DNA of 64,000 nucleotides from Dicyema japonicum (GCA_011109175.1 RDEW01000060.1:47949-111948), one strand, 5' to 3'; positions 1 through 12,396 are shown, numbered from the stretch's first letter. A program made the numbers and translations. The notes: generated by a model not told the origin, from the sequence alone.

Positions 1-269
1 AAAATTAAAATTAGACCATATAAATTTCATAGGACGTTATTCTCTGTTAATCTACTATTTTTAAGATAATATTTCAAATGAAACGAATGGTTATTTAGTA
101 GCTTGATAGAGCTGCTAATAATGTAGGCTTAGTAAACTTTTTCATGCTGCACACTGGCGTAAATAAGATTTCTAGCTGCAAACTTTAAAATTTATTTTTA
201 AGAAGTTGAAATTATTTAGAAGTATTGTGCTGAATTGGTTGAAGTGGTGACGATATTTCTATTGATCTA

Positions 270-630
270 TTTGTTATTCTTATTCTTTGGGAACATTCAA
301 TTGCAGCGGACGTAAACAACCTCACAAGAACCACCAACTGATATGCGACCTAGCCACAAGAAAAAGATAGAACCTGGCATATGAAGATCTCTGATGTAAA
401 CCTTCATAATAAATAAAAATCGACGTGAGGTCAGATGATATTTTTAATTAATACGTCCCAATGAGCAGGTCCTTCCAATTTCGTAATGGTCAACTACTTC
501 GCACACAATGGAGACGGATTTCCCGGAAGACCAAGAACATCACTTCCGACTATCTTGAACAAGACCTATCGACGGTTGAGATGAAACTAATTTTGGCGAC
601 GATATAGACTACCATAAAGAACTAATTTTG
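270..630 (+). mobile_element. Decayed 3' end of an RTE-like LINE ORF (copies at ~48940-49300 + and ~54950-55310 -)
   Basis: One frame reads NYFAHNGDGFPGRPRTSLPTILNK, matching the GRPRT C-terminal motif in the RTE ORFs at 24106 and 50771; many stops. Confidence 0.5.
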
Positions 631-1279
631 ATTTTAATAAGGATGAATCTTTGAATCTTTTTACATTAATCTTTTGTCAAATCACTACGACAATGTCCAC
701 TCCCAAAATCGTAAAATCACTCGTTGACAAACGGCAATATCCACCAGTGGGACAAACAGCATCTGCAATCGAGCGTACCTTTCTGAATCCACTCTGTCCC
801 TGCCACAAAAATTCATAAACTTATGAAGATATCAGACTAAGAAATATCAGAGATTGTATCTTCCTCAATATTCCCATAATGTCACAGGTCTTAGATTTTT
901 CATCGCTCCATTGTTTTTTTCTGGTTTATGCTGAAGAATCAAAATTCCATCAGCAAGTTTCAATGTATCTTCCTCAATATTCCCATAATGTCACAGGTCT
1001 TAGATTTTTCATCGCTCCATTGTTTTTTTCTGGTTTATGCTGAAGAATCAAAATTCCATCAGCAAGTTTCAAGTGAGAATGTGTCTCAAATACTTTATTG
1101 AAAATCTTTGTAATGAGAATCGTCGCCTGGTGCATACTTGATCATTGCCTGGTCTAATTTCCTTTTGGATCCTTGGGGTTTATATGTCACTTGATGAGTA
1201 AATTATACGTTAATCTGAATAATTCAAAAATATAATTATTTATAAATTTTTGATTTAATAGTGTTCCAATGGTGGTGTG

Positions 1280-1440
1280 TATGTCTTTTTTTTTGCCAAT
1301 TTGGTAACAAATCCTGAGGCCCGTCTTACAGAGAAAATTGTATATAGAAAACAATTAGAAGTGTGTCTTCAAGACTACAAGATGTCAATGGAACTAGCAA
1401 ACGATCTCCTGTAGGAAATGCTACTGCACATCTTTTGTCT
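1280..1440 (+). pseudogene. Possible nuclear-receptor ligand-binding-domain fragment (other copy at 51400-51570)
   Basis: NPEARLTEKIVYRKQLEVCLQDY...NDLL*EMLLH resembles NR2/HNF4 helix 8-9 and AF-2 helix 12; helices 10-11 missing; internal stop. Confidence 0.3.
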
Positions 1441-2164
1441 CAGCATTAATCACTGAGATTTGATCTCATGATAGGATCAAGTGAATCTCAAATGTTGTCA
1501 ATTCNAGTAAATTATACTTTAATCTGAATAATTTAAAAATATAATTATTTATAAATTTTTGATTTAATAGTGTTCCAATGGTGGTGTGTATGTCTTTTTT
1601 TGCCAGTTTGGTAACAAATCCTGAGGCTCGTCTTACAGAGAAAATTGTATATAGAAAACAATTAGAAGTGTGTCTTCAAGACTACAAGATTTCAATTGAA
1701 CTAGCAAACGATTTCCTGTAGGAAATGCTACTGCACATCTTTAGTCTCAGCATTAATCACTGAGATTCGATCTCATGATAGGATCAAGTGAATCTCAATA
1801 GTTGTCAATTCTGTGAAAAGTAGATTCGGAAAAATGCCTCGGAGCTGATTGATTATTATCGCCCATTAATTCAATACTCGTTTCTCCACTCATAAAAGTG
1901 TACTCTTCTTCAGAAAACCAGAATTTGACAAAGAAGAGAAAGACAAAGAAGCAACTAATAAAATGCTTTTGACAGATAACGTTGAGAGGAGAATTGCCAA
2001 AATTAAAGAGAATTGTGCCTTTATGAGTTGACCAAGAATCAATCAAATGTAGAAAATGAAAATACTCTTGAGGTTTTATACTCGTTTGAATTCACGAAAT
2101 CGAAGAAAGGTGAATTGAAAAGAATCTTTAACCTAATTGAATAAAAAATCAAGATCATGGAGAA

Positions 2165-2936
2165 AAAAATTTTAGCCGGCACAATTATACGGTGTTTATC
2201 TGCAGGATCCTCACGACAGGAAGGATTTCACCTTCAAAAAGCGTTCGATGAATCGCACCTCACAATCTCTAAGNAAGGGTGAATTGAAAAGAATCTCTAA
2301 CCTAATTGAATACAAAATCAAGATCAAGGAGAAAAAAATTTCAGCCGGCTCAATTATACGGTGTTGATCTGCAGGATCCTCACACAGGAAGGATTTCATC
2401 TTCAAAAAGCGTTCGATGAATCGCACCTCACAATCTCTAAGTGTCCGAGATTGTCGGTGTCGCCTTCGCATGGTTTTGTGATTTGTCGGTGAACATTTCG
2501 GAGTCTACCAATAGGTTCCTCTAGAAAAATTTCTGGACATTCTTTACTAATGACGTAAGTGATTTCTCTTCTTTCTCTCTCCTATCGGATATGCATAGTG
2601 TTAATCGGGGGAAAAAATCGTACCCAATGCTTAGAGTCGTCCTAATATACTTCCTTTCAATGCATTAACATATACAGTTTGAGACAGATATACTGGCAGA
2701 TTTGGGGATCCAGATCAGAAGTCTTCAATTTGAGGTCAATACAAGTATTCTCTGATGATCCAGTGGAATATGTTCAGAAGGGTCGAGTTGTCGTATTATC
2801 TGGAAAGAGGCATGAATGACAATGCCTGTCAGAAATTACAGGGGACTTTTAATCAATCCGAAACAGGAATTGTGGAAGCCACACGAACAGACCGTGCAAT
2901 GGATCATCCGAATTATTTTTGTTTATTATGTTGCCT
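2165..2936 (-). mobile_element. Decayed 5' fragment of the CRE-like element (PHD region to start of RT ORF)
   Basis: Reverse complement aligns by eye to 16420-17045 (e.g. tccattgcacggtctgttcgtgtggcttccac; gaggatcctgcagat); frameshifts. Confidence 0.75.
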
Positions 2937-2949
2937 ACATTAGCTTTTG

Positions 2950-4145
2950 ATTTGTGAGCCTTCTGAACAAGTATTAGGTCCATTCTGCCGGTTCTGTACA
3001 TTACTTTAAAGGTACGAGCGAATTTTTAGTAGAGTTTCTGTGTTTCATTTTTGAAGAATTCGTCGTTAAGACCCCCGTGAGCCTTCTGAACAAGTATTAG
3101 GTCCATTCTGCCGGTTCTGTACATTACTTTAAAGGTACGAGCGAATTTTTAGTAGAGTTTCTGTGTTTCATTTATGAAGAATTCGTCGTTAAGACCCCCG
3201 GATTCGGGCTTTTTCAATTTTGAGCTTGCTACCTGTATTTCTTGCGTGGTTATTTCTTCTTAAAGTTCTCCCCTTTCTGAAGCAGTTTCAATGATCATTG
3301 TATTTGAATAACTTTTCGAAGTAGTCAGCGATAAGCTCTGCCAATTCCAACTGACACAAAATTTGTCTGCTTTGATCGTCGCGAAAAGTTACAGGTTGCT
3401 TAACTAGCGAGGAGTTTCACTATTTCTGCCTTATTTGAGGGGAAACGATTTCCCGATCCTTTGACAGTCTCCTGTCTTTTTGATTATCCGATTAAATAAG
3501 TTCCATGCATTTGGGCGCGGTAATTACGTCGATATCACTTCGAGCTCTTTGTATAGGTATTTCTTGTATTCTCTGAACGTAGATCCAGGGTTAACTTTTC
3601 GGCTGCTTTCTCCAGTACACTGATTATGAAGTCTCGTGTCCGGCTGAATTCCTAAACATAGTGTCGTAGTGGAATAGGTTGTTTACCTGAAAGAAGTTAG
3701 CCAGTAGAGTTTCTTCCTCTACCGTCCCTCCCAATGATGTTTCTTGGAGGTTATCCAAGAACACATTTGCGATTAGGTCTCCCGCAATCATTATTAATGC
3801 TGAGTGTGCAAGTCAGATTAGACAGTCTACAGATTAGTATGAAAGTCTTAAACCTCATCACGGTTATTATTAAAATATCCACTGAAGGGAGCATATTTGT
3901 TTATGGTGATTAGGACATCCACCAGGAAGTAAGATTAGCCTGAAATCTCCGTGTTTTTCTTTTATCACGTTAGTTAATTTTGATCTTCTTGAAGACATTC
4001 GAGCGATACTTTGTATCTCGAGAGGTTTTCGCATAGTTCTCTTTTTTTCCAGGTACTGGGAGCCTTTTCGATATTGAACGTCAGAAGGGATAAGTTCTGT
4101 GTTTTCCAATACCGTTTTTAGGAGCCACATCACTAGCTTAACCAA
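2950..4145 (-). mobile_element. Decayed APE-endonuclease region of a LINE (CR1/L2-like)
   Basis: ORF 3870-4145 (WLLKTVLENTELIP) and downstream IMIAGDLIAN, a GDxN-like APE motif; many stops. Confidence 0.45.
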
Positions 4146-5425
4146 TCAATCGACTACTATTACATTATTTTACTTATTTATTTATTTTTTATAATTATTC
4201 TTTTTTATATTTTTTTGTTATTTATTTTATACTTTTTGAGTAAGGTTGGTTTCTGAAAAATTCTATTTTTGTGCGTCTTATGGTTCTTCCCTAATATTTC
4301 TTATATTCAAGAAGATGAGTTATCATTTCGCTGCGTGGCTAACTGTTAAAGTTTTCTGTTTGTTTTTCTGTTCCTCCTCTTTCTTCTATTATAGTGCGTC
4401 ATGTGATCCACCTACAACTGCAAGTATGGACGTCATTACTTTTTATGCTAATTCTAGCTGGACTCTTAATGTAGAAGTGGAAACTGTATACACATAATTT
4501 GTTGTTTGCTTTACTTCATTCTCGGTGTATCTGGAGTTAATAAATTAATTTTTGTGAAACTTTCAGAGTTTTTATGTTATTTATTTGAAACCCCTTGACC
4601 ACAATAGAAGATTGTTTGCTTTACTTCATTCTCGGTGTATCCGGAGTTAATAAATTAATTTTTGTGAAACTTTCAGAGTTTTTATGTTATTTATTTGAAA
4701 CCCCTTGAACACAATAGAAGAATAGTTAAACCCACTTTTATGTCATCCCTGTCTCCAATAGCACCCGACTCTACTTAAATGTTCCACCAGCGAATGATCT
4801 GCCTTACAGAAGTGCATTCTTTTATGTCTGCAGAGGAATTCTTTGCATTGCCTATCTTTATGCCCAATTCTTCTATGACTCACTCATTTATGAATCGGTA
4901 TCCTACCCCCTTGAAGAAACGTAAGAAACCCTGGCCATTTCTCAGCTTCCTGTGGTGATGGATGAACTGTCAACTTGCATGAGCTACTTGGTGTTAAGAT
5001 TCCTTTCAGTTTTTTTCCTTTTGAAATCCCCTATCACAGGAGAGTCAAACATGCGGCCCGCTAAAATTATAAGTGCCTATAAAATACAAAAAAAATCATT
5101 TTGTTTTTTTTTCATATAATTAAAATTTTAATTATTATTTTAAATTTTGTTTGTCAACGTTATGTGGTTCTTCTGGAACTAAGAAACTGTTTAAATATTT
5201 TTGGAAGNTCATATAATTAAAATTTTAATTATTATTTTAAATTTTGTTTGTCAACGTTATGTGGTTCTTCTGGAACTAAGAAACTGTTTAAATATTTTTG
5301 GAAGGCAAATATTTTTGAAGTTTTTAAAATTTAATTTAATATTTTTGGAAGGCGAAACAGTTTTTAAAATTTAAATAACATAATACAAACGTGTTTAATT
5401 AAGTTAAGCTGATAATGCTGTGTTT

Positions 5426-6860
5426 TGTTAAAACAACCCAGGAATATTATGATATAATGAAATCATTGGAACAGAAAGGGATCGATATAATAACAGACAA
5501 AAAAAATTTCGATTAACTCAAAGGCAAAAAATTTTTTATTTATCAATGGGAGGTTATACCTCGAAGACACTAATGGAAACCACAAAATTGTCATCTCCTC
5601 TGATAATTATTAAGAGATGGAATTAGTTACCACGCAAATTTATCAATTGACCCATTGTGGACACAACACATTGGAGCAATATTGCAATGAAAGATAATTT
5701 TTCGTGAAACGAGAAATTATTCGAAAAATGGTGTCAGAATGTGATATTCGTCGTTTTTCGACTCCACTGAAGCAAATGGATCCTGAAAATCAAATTATAG
5801 CTACTCAGCCGAATGAAAGATTTCAAATAGACATGGTTGATCTAAAAAGATAAGACTTTGTTATTAAATAAATTCAAGGTTTAATAAAAATAATGATTCT
5901 TTCAAATGGCTTCTTACTGTAATTAATATACATTCTAAATATGCCTTCACAAGAAATATGAAAAGTAAGAGTGGATATGAAGTGGCCGAAAACCTCAAAA
6001 AAATATTTTTGGATTATGGACCATGACGATTCTTACAATCGGATAATGGGACATAATTTAAAAATTCACATGTAAGAGCATTATGTGACCGCTTCAAAGT
6101 CCAACAAATTCATAGTAGGCCCACCAATCCAAGGAGTCAGGCGATTATCAAACGTTTTAAGCAAACAATCACAAGATCACTATCTAAGATGATGTCCGAA
6201 GATAATTGTTGGACTGAACACATAAAAGAAGCAGTTTATTTTTATAATTTGTATAACCATACATCAACAGGTAACTTTTTATTAAATTATTTTTGAGGCA
6301 ATATTCCATTTTAGAAGATCGAGGAATTAATGGATTCAACAACATCTTATGAGAAAACACAGTAGTCGATGAGATTATTACAGATATAGGTTTTGTTTCA
6401 ATGAGATTTATTTAATTTTTCAGATTGTGAAGGATCATTAATTGATGAAAATTGCGATGATAGTCATGCTTCCTATCAAGAAAGTCATGCTTCATTTAGC
6501 CAAAAAGGTTTTCATTAGATAATATGGATTTGAAGAAACGTCGTTTCAATTTCAATTCAATCCACCAAAATTGGATTCAACATATTTTAAGAAAATGAAT
6601 AAAAAAATTGGTGTACATCAATGCAAATATTTATTTAAAACTGGTGATAAGGTATTTCTATTAATTTTTGTATAAAGGTCAGAGTTATGAATGATTATGG
6701 AACTAATCCATCTTTAGCTCTTCAAAAATTTGAGTCTCCATATGGTGAGAGTGTAACAATTACCAATATGTTTACTCACAATATTGTCTGAATACAGATG
6801 ACCGATGGAAATAAAAAAAACATATATGAAACGCATCAAAAAAGATAATTAAAGATGAAT
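5426..6860 (+). pseudogene. rve/DDE integrase gene (Ginger/TDD-like), with short introns, inactivated
   Basis: THCGHNTLEQYCNER...CDIRR (degenerate H2C2), FQIDMVDLK, LQSDNG, SRPTNPRSQAIIKRF; frame restored by removing introns 5850-5878 (donor mutated GT>AT) and 6271-6297; further GT-AG intron at 6390-6423; stops present. Confidence 0.85.
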
Positions 6861-7039
6861 AATTTTTACATGATCTTATTTTTAAATTAATAAAAAAACA
6901 CTTTTTCCCAATATCTTTTTTACGAAGCGTTTGCAGCTCTGGGAATCAATTTTATTCTAAAACGGCCAGATTAATATCGAGTTATTTAGTTAAGTTAGCG
7001 TTAAAACTTTGGCAGAAGCGTTTAGAATTGTTTTAGGTT

Positions 7040-9044
7040 ACGACCTAAGAAGAATAAACTGGGAACACTACAGAAGGTACATATCAAGAAACCTCAAACA
7101 CTGGAAGATTAAAGATATCGACATCATAGACAATGAACTCTCTATCATGATGGAGACATACTTAATGCTTTACGCAAGAAGGATATCCTCGAGTACTAAT
7201 CATGGAAAGAGCATCAGTCTTTCGATTTCCACATTATCTTTGATCAATGAAAGGAATCGCCTGAAGACTAAACTCAGAAGATGTGTGGACAGGATAGACC
7301 GGATTGCACTAACCGGACAATTGAAGATAACCAAGAAAGACATTGAAGATAACCAGGAATAAGACTATCTCAAGAACAATGTTTGAGGGTAGAGGCAAGC
7401 AAACTAAACACCAAAGACCCCTCGTTCTGGAAGTTCTACAAAAGAATAACTAGCCAGAAAAGGAATGACATAAAAATCTCCTTGACCAAGCCAGAAAGTG
7501 TACTGTGTTCTATGGAAGAAGCCCGAGATATTTTTAAGAAACAACTTGATCGTATTCAGGGGGTCAACCCGACGGTGCTCATTCCGAGGGTGACGTTAGA
7601 TTTTTCACGTGAAATTTTAACCTACTGTTTGGACGATCTTAAAGATACTGAAATGAAAATAACTACGCATGAAGTCATGACTGCAATCATGAAATGCAAG
7701 GCTAACATTCCTGGACTTGACCATCTAAGCATGAGATTGTTCAAGGAAGCCCCAGAGGCTCTATTTCCCATACTGAAGAATTTATTCAATGCAAGCATTC
7801 ATCATGGTCAAGTCCCAAAACGCTGGAAATCTTCCATTGTCAGAATGATACTGAAACCGGGAAAATCGAGGAGGGACCCTCAATAAGCCTCATCTGTTCG
7901 ATCTCCAAGATTATGGAACGAATTATTTTCAGAAGGCTTAACGACCACATAGAAGAGAGTGGTTTTCTCCTCGCAGAACAATTGGGCTTCAAACCTGCAA
8001 AATCATGCACGGACTGTATCTACCAGATGCATTCAACGGTATTGAGAGGTCTGGAAGTCAAAAGACTAGTCAACCTGGTATGTTTGGATCTATTCAAGGA
8101 TTTGATAGTGTGTGTATGAAGCACTTCTATCAAGGCTAGCAGCTGCTCAGATCCAAAAGAAACTTCTCATATGGAAAGGGATTTCCTAACAGGACGGAAT
8201 TCCCAAGTACGTGTTGCAGCACATATGTCGAAAGACATCATACTGAAGAGAGGAGTTCCTCATTGTTCCGTCTTGAGCCCTCTGCTATTCAACATATTCC
8301 TATCAGATTTTCCAACTCCACCTGATATAAACACAAAACTTTTGATATACGCCTATGATATTCTGATCACAGATACATCTGGCAAATCAACTCTTTCTGA
8401 GAAAAGGATCGTGTCATTTATTGGACAAGTTCAGGACTGGTGCCCAAAAAGATTGATGAGATTGTCTACGGAGAAATTTAGCTCTCTTCGAGTAAGTCGC
8501 CTAAGGAGGCATCAGAAGAAGCCTTACTCATTAGAGTTTGTTGAAGTAAACTCAATGCGCTACCTCGGAATAGCAATCGATGGAAATTGTACCTTCACGA
8601 AGGACATAAGACGAAGAAGGAAGAAGGCGCTTCAAGCACTCTTATGTACGAAAAAGTTGCTTGTAAGCCTGGAAACCTTCTTGTTCATCTTCATGAGGAT
8701 CATCCTACCGGAACTGCTATATGGATGCGAAGCATTGTTTTTCTCTTGCCAAAGAGAAAGAATAATGTTTCTCATGGAAAAAAACCAGAAGGTCGGCAAT
8801 AAAGTTGACTTTAGGGAAAAGGCTCTGGGATGCTCTCAGCACTGAAAAAAACATGATTCTAACTCCTGTTAAAAACATCGTAGAGAAAAGAATCAATGGG
8901 ATCCGACGATAGAAGATAACTATATGGAGTGTGGATACATCGGAAGTGTTCGGGCCGCATAGGCGGACACGTTTAAATATCCTAAAAATAACTCCTTACT
9001 TACTTACTTTGGAATAAATTTGGTTTGGTTTTGGTTTGGTTTGG
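7040..9044 (+). mobile_element. 5'-truncated Jockey/I-group-like LINE (RT) ending in a (TTTGG)n tail
   Basis: ORFs 7383-8845 with PGLD, WKSS, KPGK, QLGFK, GVPHCSVLSPLLF, YAYD (YADD in the inverted copy), RYLGI; tail tggtttggttttggtttggtttgg at 9021-9044. Confidence 0.9.
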
Positions 9045-9415
9045 CCCCGATATAGCGATATAGGATGTTTTGATAGTAAATGAGACGAAAATCAAAAAGG
9101 GAAGTTCTTTTAAACTTAATGGATTTCATCAATTGATATTCCGTGGAAGAAGGGTTCAATTTCTGGAACTGGAACTTCGATTTATTATAAATCTAATTTG
9201 AATATGAAAAGACCAAGAATTATTAAAGAAGATGTATGTGAACTAGTCAGTGTGCAAATACAAACAAATATTGGATGAATGACAGTTGGAGGAATTTATT
9301 CTAAAAGCATACGTGAGTACCCTTAGATCATTGAGAAATTTTTTAACGAAAACGTGAATGCGATTTTGGTTGGGTACATGAACGCAAAGCATGTTGATTA
9401 TAAATGTGTTACAAC
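9045..9415 (+). mobile_element. LINE APE endonuclease fragment (copy at ~30945-31308 -)
   Basis: DVLIVNETKIK and ILVG(D/Y)MNAKH motifs. Confidence 0.75.
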
Positions 9416-9419
9416 AAAG

Positions 9420-9900
9420 CAGGATGGAAAATGTGATTGGCCATTTTCAGTGGTTACTACATCACATGTGAACGACCCTAATTTGTGTTTTCGGGCAAAG
9501 ACATGCTCATAACTCAGTTGTCTAGTCACATTAAGAGGTTTATTTTGAAAAAAAATAAATTATTTAATTCTCAGGTATCAAATGTGACTTTCAAAGACCT
9601 CAGGAATACTATTGGAACACATACTGTAATGAATTTTCCACACTATGAAAAACAACTAGAATCATTTTTAAAAGAATTTCAAGTGAGATTTAATGATTTC
9701 TCGTTTTTTGAACATCAATTTTCCTTATTCACATCACTTTTTATACTAATGTTCNNNNNNNNNNNNNNNNNNNNNNNNNNNNNNNATCGTTTTTAAAAGA
9801 ATTTCAAGTGAGATTTAATGATTTCTCGTTTTTTGAACATCAATTTTCCTTATTCACATCACTTTTTATACTAATGTTCAAAGGCAGATGAAAGCATATG
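9420..9900 (+). pseudogene. hAT (Buster/GTF2IRD2-like) transposase C-terminal fragment (copy 30596-30940 -)
   Basis: DLAFSVVTTSHVND...SGKDMLITQLSSHIKRF...KEFQVRFNDF, typical of Buster/SPIN transposases; lies just inside the hAT right end. Confidence 0.8.
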
Positions 9901-10934
9901 AATTTTTGTCACTTTAATAAACTCGGAATTACACGAATAGCTGAGCCCAACATATCAAAAATTGTATCCAAAAAAGATGTAATTATAAATGTGGCCCTCA
10001 AAGCGAAATGAATTTGACACCCATACCCTATCATGTAATCATCTTATCCAAGGAGACGGTCAGTGGCTGACTCTTTACCTCACAAGAGAGGTTCCAAGAG
10101 TAGCAATTTGTTATTTGAAGACTAGTTTTAATCCAATTTGAGTCTCTTATTGCTGATTTACCAATTTAGAATGAATATATTCCTGGATATGGATAATGGG
10201 ATTGATTCCAAGAATATTTATGATTATAGATTTAAGTCACTCAGATTGATAAAAACCGAACAATCAATAGCGACAAGGAATAGATGAACGCTTCAATCAA
10301 ACTGTTGCTATAAGTCTATATAAAATGAGGCTTTTGGAAGATGCGAATAATGAATAAAATGGTATGGAACCACATTTGCTGAAAGTAATCAGAGCGTCTG
10401 CAATTGCTATGCGACATCACTTCCTATTACAAGCAATTGACCTCTGCTCCTCTTTTTTTCTGTCATTCAAAGAGCGGCAGAAAAAGTTCAAAGTTGTGAT
10501 TCAAAATCGTTAGCATACCTACCTAGTGAACATTGAGCTTATAATTACATTTTATTGTGGATATAAAAATAAATTCCGGATTCGTTGCTCTCAATTTTTC
10601 TACAAAATATTTTAATGCTTTCTGATGAGACGGATGTTGATGAACTAACCCTTCCTGGCTTAACCGTTTAAGTAACACAAAACCACAGGTCAGTATATAG
10701 GTTGTCAGATCTCTAACCGTTTACAAGACCCAGTAACCAGAATTGTCATGTAATTGATGGTAATGTCTGCTTTATCTACTTGTTTGTGGTAATATGACCC
10801 CAATAGTACAGTTAGACTTACTGTGTCAGAATCAATGTCTATTAGCTAAACCAAAGTCTTGGCAGTGGTGGATGAGACTCCAGTTCGCAGTAATGTAGTG
10901 ATAAAGTCATCATTTAACTTGATTGGGTTCTGAA

Positions 10935-11250
10935 GCCGGGTGGCATACTGGTTAGGTGTCGGGCTTAAGAGAATTATGCTACGGGTTCGATTCTCGTTGC
11001 TGTTCACCTGGTGGAAGGTTCCACGCATCTACGATGCCAAAAGGGTTTGACGAGTGACGCCGTCATCAGTGGATACCCACTGCGGAACTGGATTGTCTAG
11101 AAAGGACCCACACACAAGAAAAAAAAGTGAAGATCATTCCTTGGTTCTGCGATTAGTTAAAATTAACTGTTCTTTACTTGAATAAAGTGTGTGTCCTGCC
11201 TATGTGGAGCTATAGATATTATGGCTCTCGTGAAAAGTCTATTATTATTA
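10935..11250 (+). mobile_element. tRNA-derived SINE (316 bp)
   Basis: A box TGGCATACTGG (10941), B box GGTTCGATTC (10984), (ATT)n tail; 11-bp TSD TGGGTTCTGAA at 10924-10934 and 11251-11261; empty site present at ~38443. Confidence 0.9.
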
Positions 11251-12193
11251 TGGGTTCTGAAATTGAATGACTTGAATTATTAAAGAATGGAGTGACTGAT
11301 GAATGTGGTTTCTTTTTCTTAAATAATAAATAATGTTACGGAAGTCTGTGGAAGCAAATGTTAGTATACGGACTAAAGATCTTCGTATCATTNACGATTA
11401 GTTAAAATTAACTGTTCTTTACTTGAATAAAGTGTGTGTCCTGCCTATGTGGAGCTATAGATATTATGGCTCTCGTGAATAGTCTATTATTATTATGGGT
11501 TCTGAAATTGAATGACTTGAATTATTATAGAATGGAGTGACTGATGGATGTGGTTTCTTTTTCTTAAATAATAAAGAATGTTAGGGAAGTCTGTGGAAGC
11601 AAATGTTAGTATACGGACTAAAGATCTTCGTATCATTCTTCATACGCGAACAGAGCCGTTGATTATATAATACATAATAATTATGTATTCGTCAGCTAAA
11701 AACATGCTTCTTTCACCACTTTCAGTGATTTTGGTAAATAATATCAAAGAAAACTGATAAAATTAAGGCGACTATTCAAGCCGATAAAAATATGCTTTCT
11801 AATGTAAAACAGGAAATATCTGACAAAATCGTTATATTTAGAGGGAAGCATCAAGTCAACAAGTTACAGTAACAGCTATAGGACTATAGTTAATATATTT
11901 ATACATATTGGTAACAATGCATTAACATTCCTTGTGTATAGAGTTTGTTAGCGATTTAATGGTTATTTTCTTAGTAATCAGCAGAGTTTTTCATTTAATC
12001 GACCGGGAGTTAATAGGTAATAATTTTTGTTACTTATAAGTGGAGTTTACAAGAATTCATCGCTAAAAAAATAAAAAAAATATAGACCGATTTAATTTTA
12101 TGTCATTAAAGTATTTAAATCAATAAATTTTTTTAAAAATTTAATAAATAATTATTTTAATTTTTAAAAAAATTTATTGATTTAAATACTTTA

Positions 12194-12396
12194 ATGACAA
12201 GTATGTTGTAGTAAATTAGGTTTGAGGGGGCAACCAAAGAGATCTTGCACGAGAAAAAAATCAAAAAAAGAAGCAAACTACGACTCGTCCTGCAAATCAA
12301 CAAGAAAATAATAAAGGACTTTCTTACCAAGAACGACTCATTAGAGACTCCAAAATAATGCAAGAAAAGCAAGCTAAAAAATTGAATGACAAATGA
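12194..12396 (+). CDS. SERF: Small EDRK-rich factor (4F5 family), 58 aa, two exons
   Basis: Exon 12194-12200, 26-nt GT-AG intron 12201-12226, exon 12227-12396 give MTRGNQRDLAREKNQKKK...RDSKIMQEKQAKK; 7-nt first coding exon as in animal SERF genes. Confidence 0.95.

Larger units (their letters stand above)
5037..10025 (+). mobile_element. Buster/Charlie-type hAT DNA transposon shell containing nested elements
   Basis: Left end CAGGAGAGTCAAAC (5037), right end ATTTGACACCCATA (10025); 8-bp TSD CCCTATCA at 5029-5036 and 10026-10033 (nnnTAnnn); transposase remnant inside. Confidence 0.85.
4150..10215. repeat. ~6 kb segmental duplication arm, inverted copy at ~30222-36085
   Basis: Colinear near-identity including the hAT, integrase and LINE ORFs (7383-7886 vs 32165-32986; 9485 vs 30596). 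Confidence 0.95.

Noticed and set aside
855-1071. ~110-140 bp near-perfect tandem duplications without n (also ~2955-3200, 4503-4720, 22126-22410)
   Set aside because: Read-length sized and absent from paralogous copies; cannot be separated from gap-filling artefacts without reads.
1197-1810. Tandem duplications flanking single n characters (1505, 2274, 5209, 11393, 20144, 37465, 56354, 58642) and the N run at 9755-9785
   Set aside because: Pattern of overlapping contig ends or haplotypes joined by a scaffolder; not treated as biology.
10260-10460. Minus-strand IAIADALI, GPCR TM2-like
   Set aside because: No consistent further TM motifs could be assembled.
10935-11005. Candidate tRNA gene
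   Set aside because: No acceptor stem or clear anticodon arm; TSD and tail show it is a SINE head.
11040-11085. CTGATGA on the minus strand of the SINE, hammerhead-like
   Set aside because: No GAAA after stem II and no closing helices.
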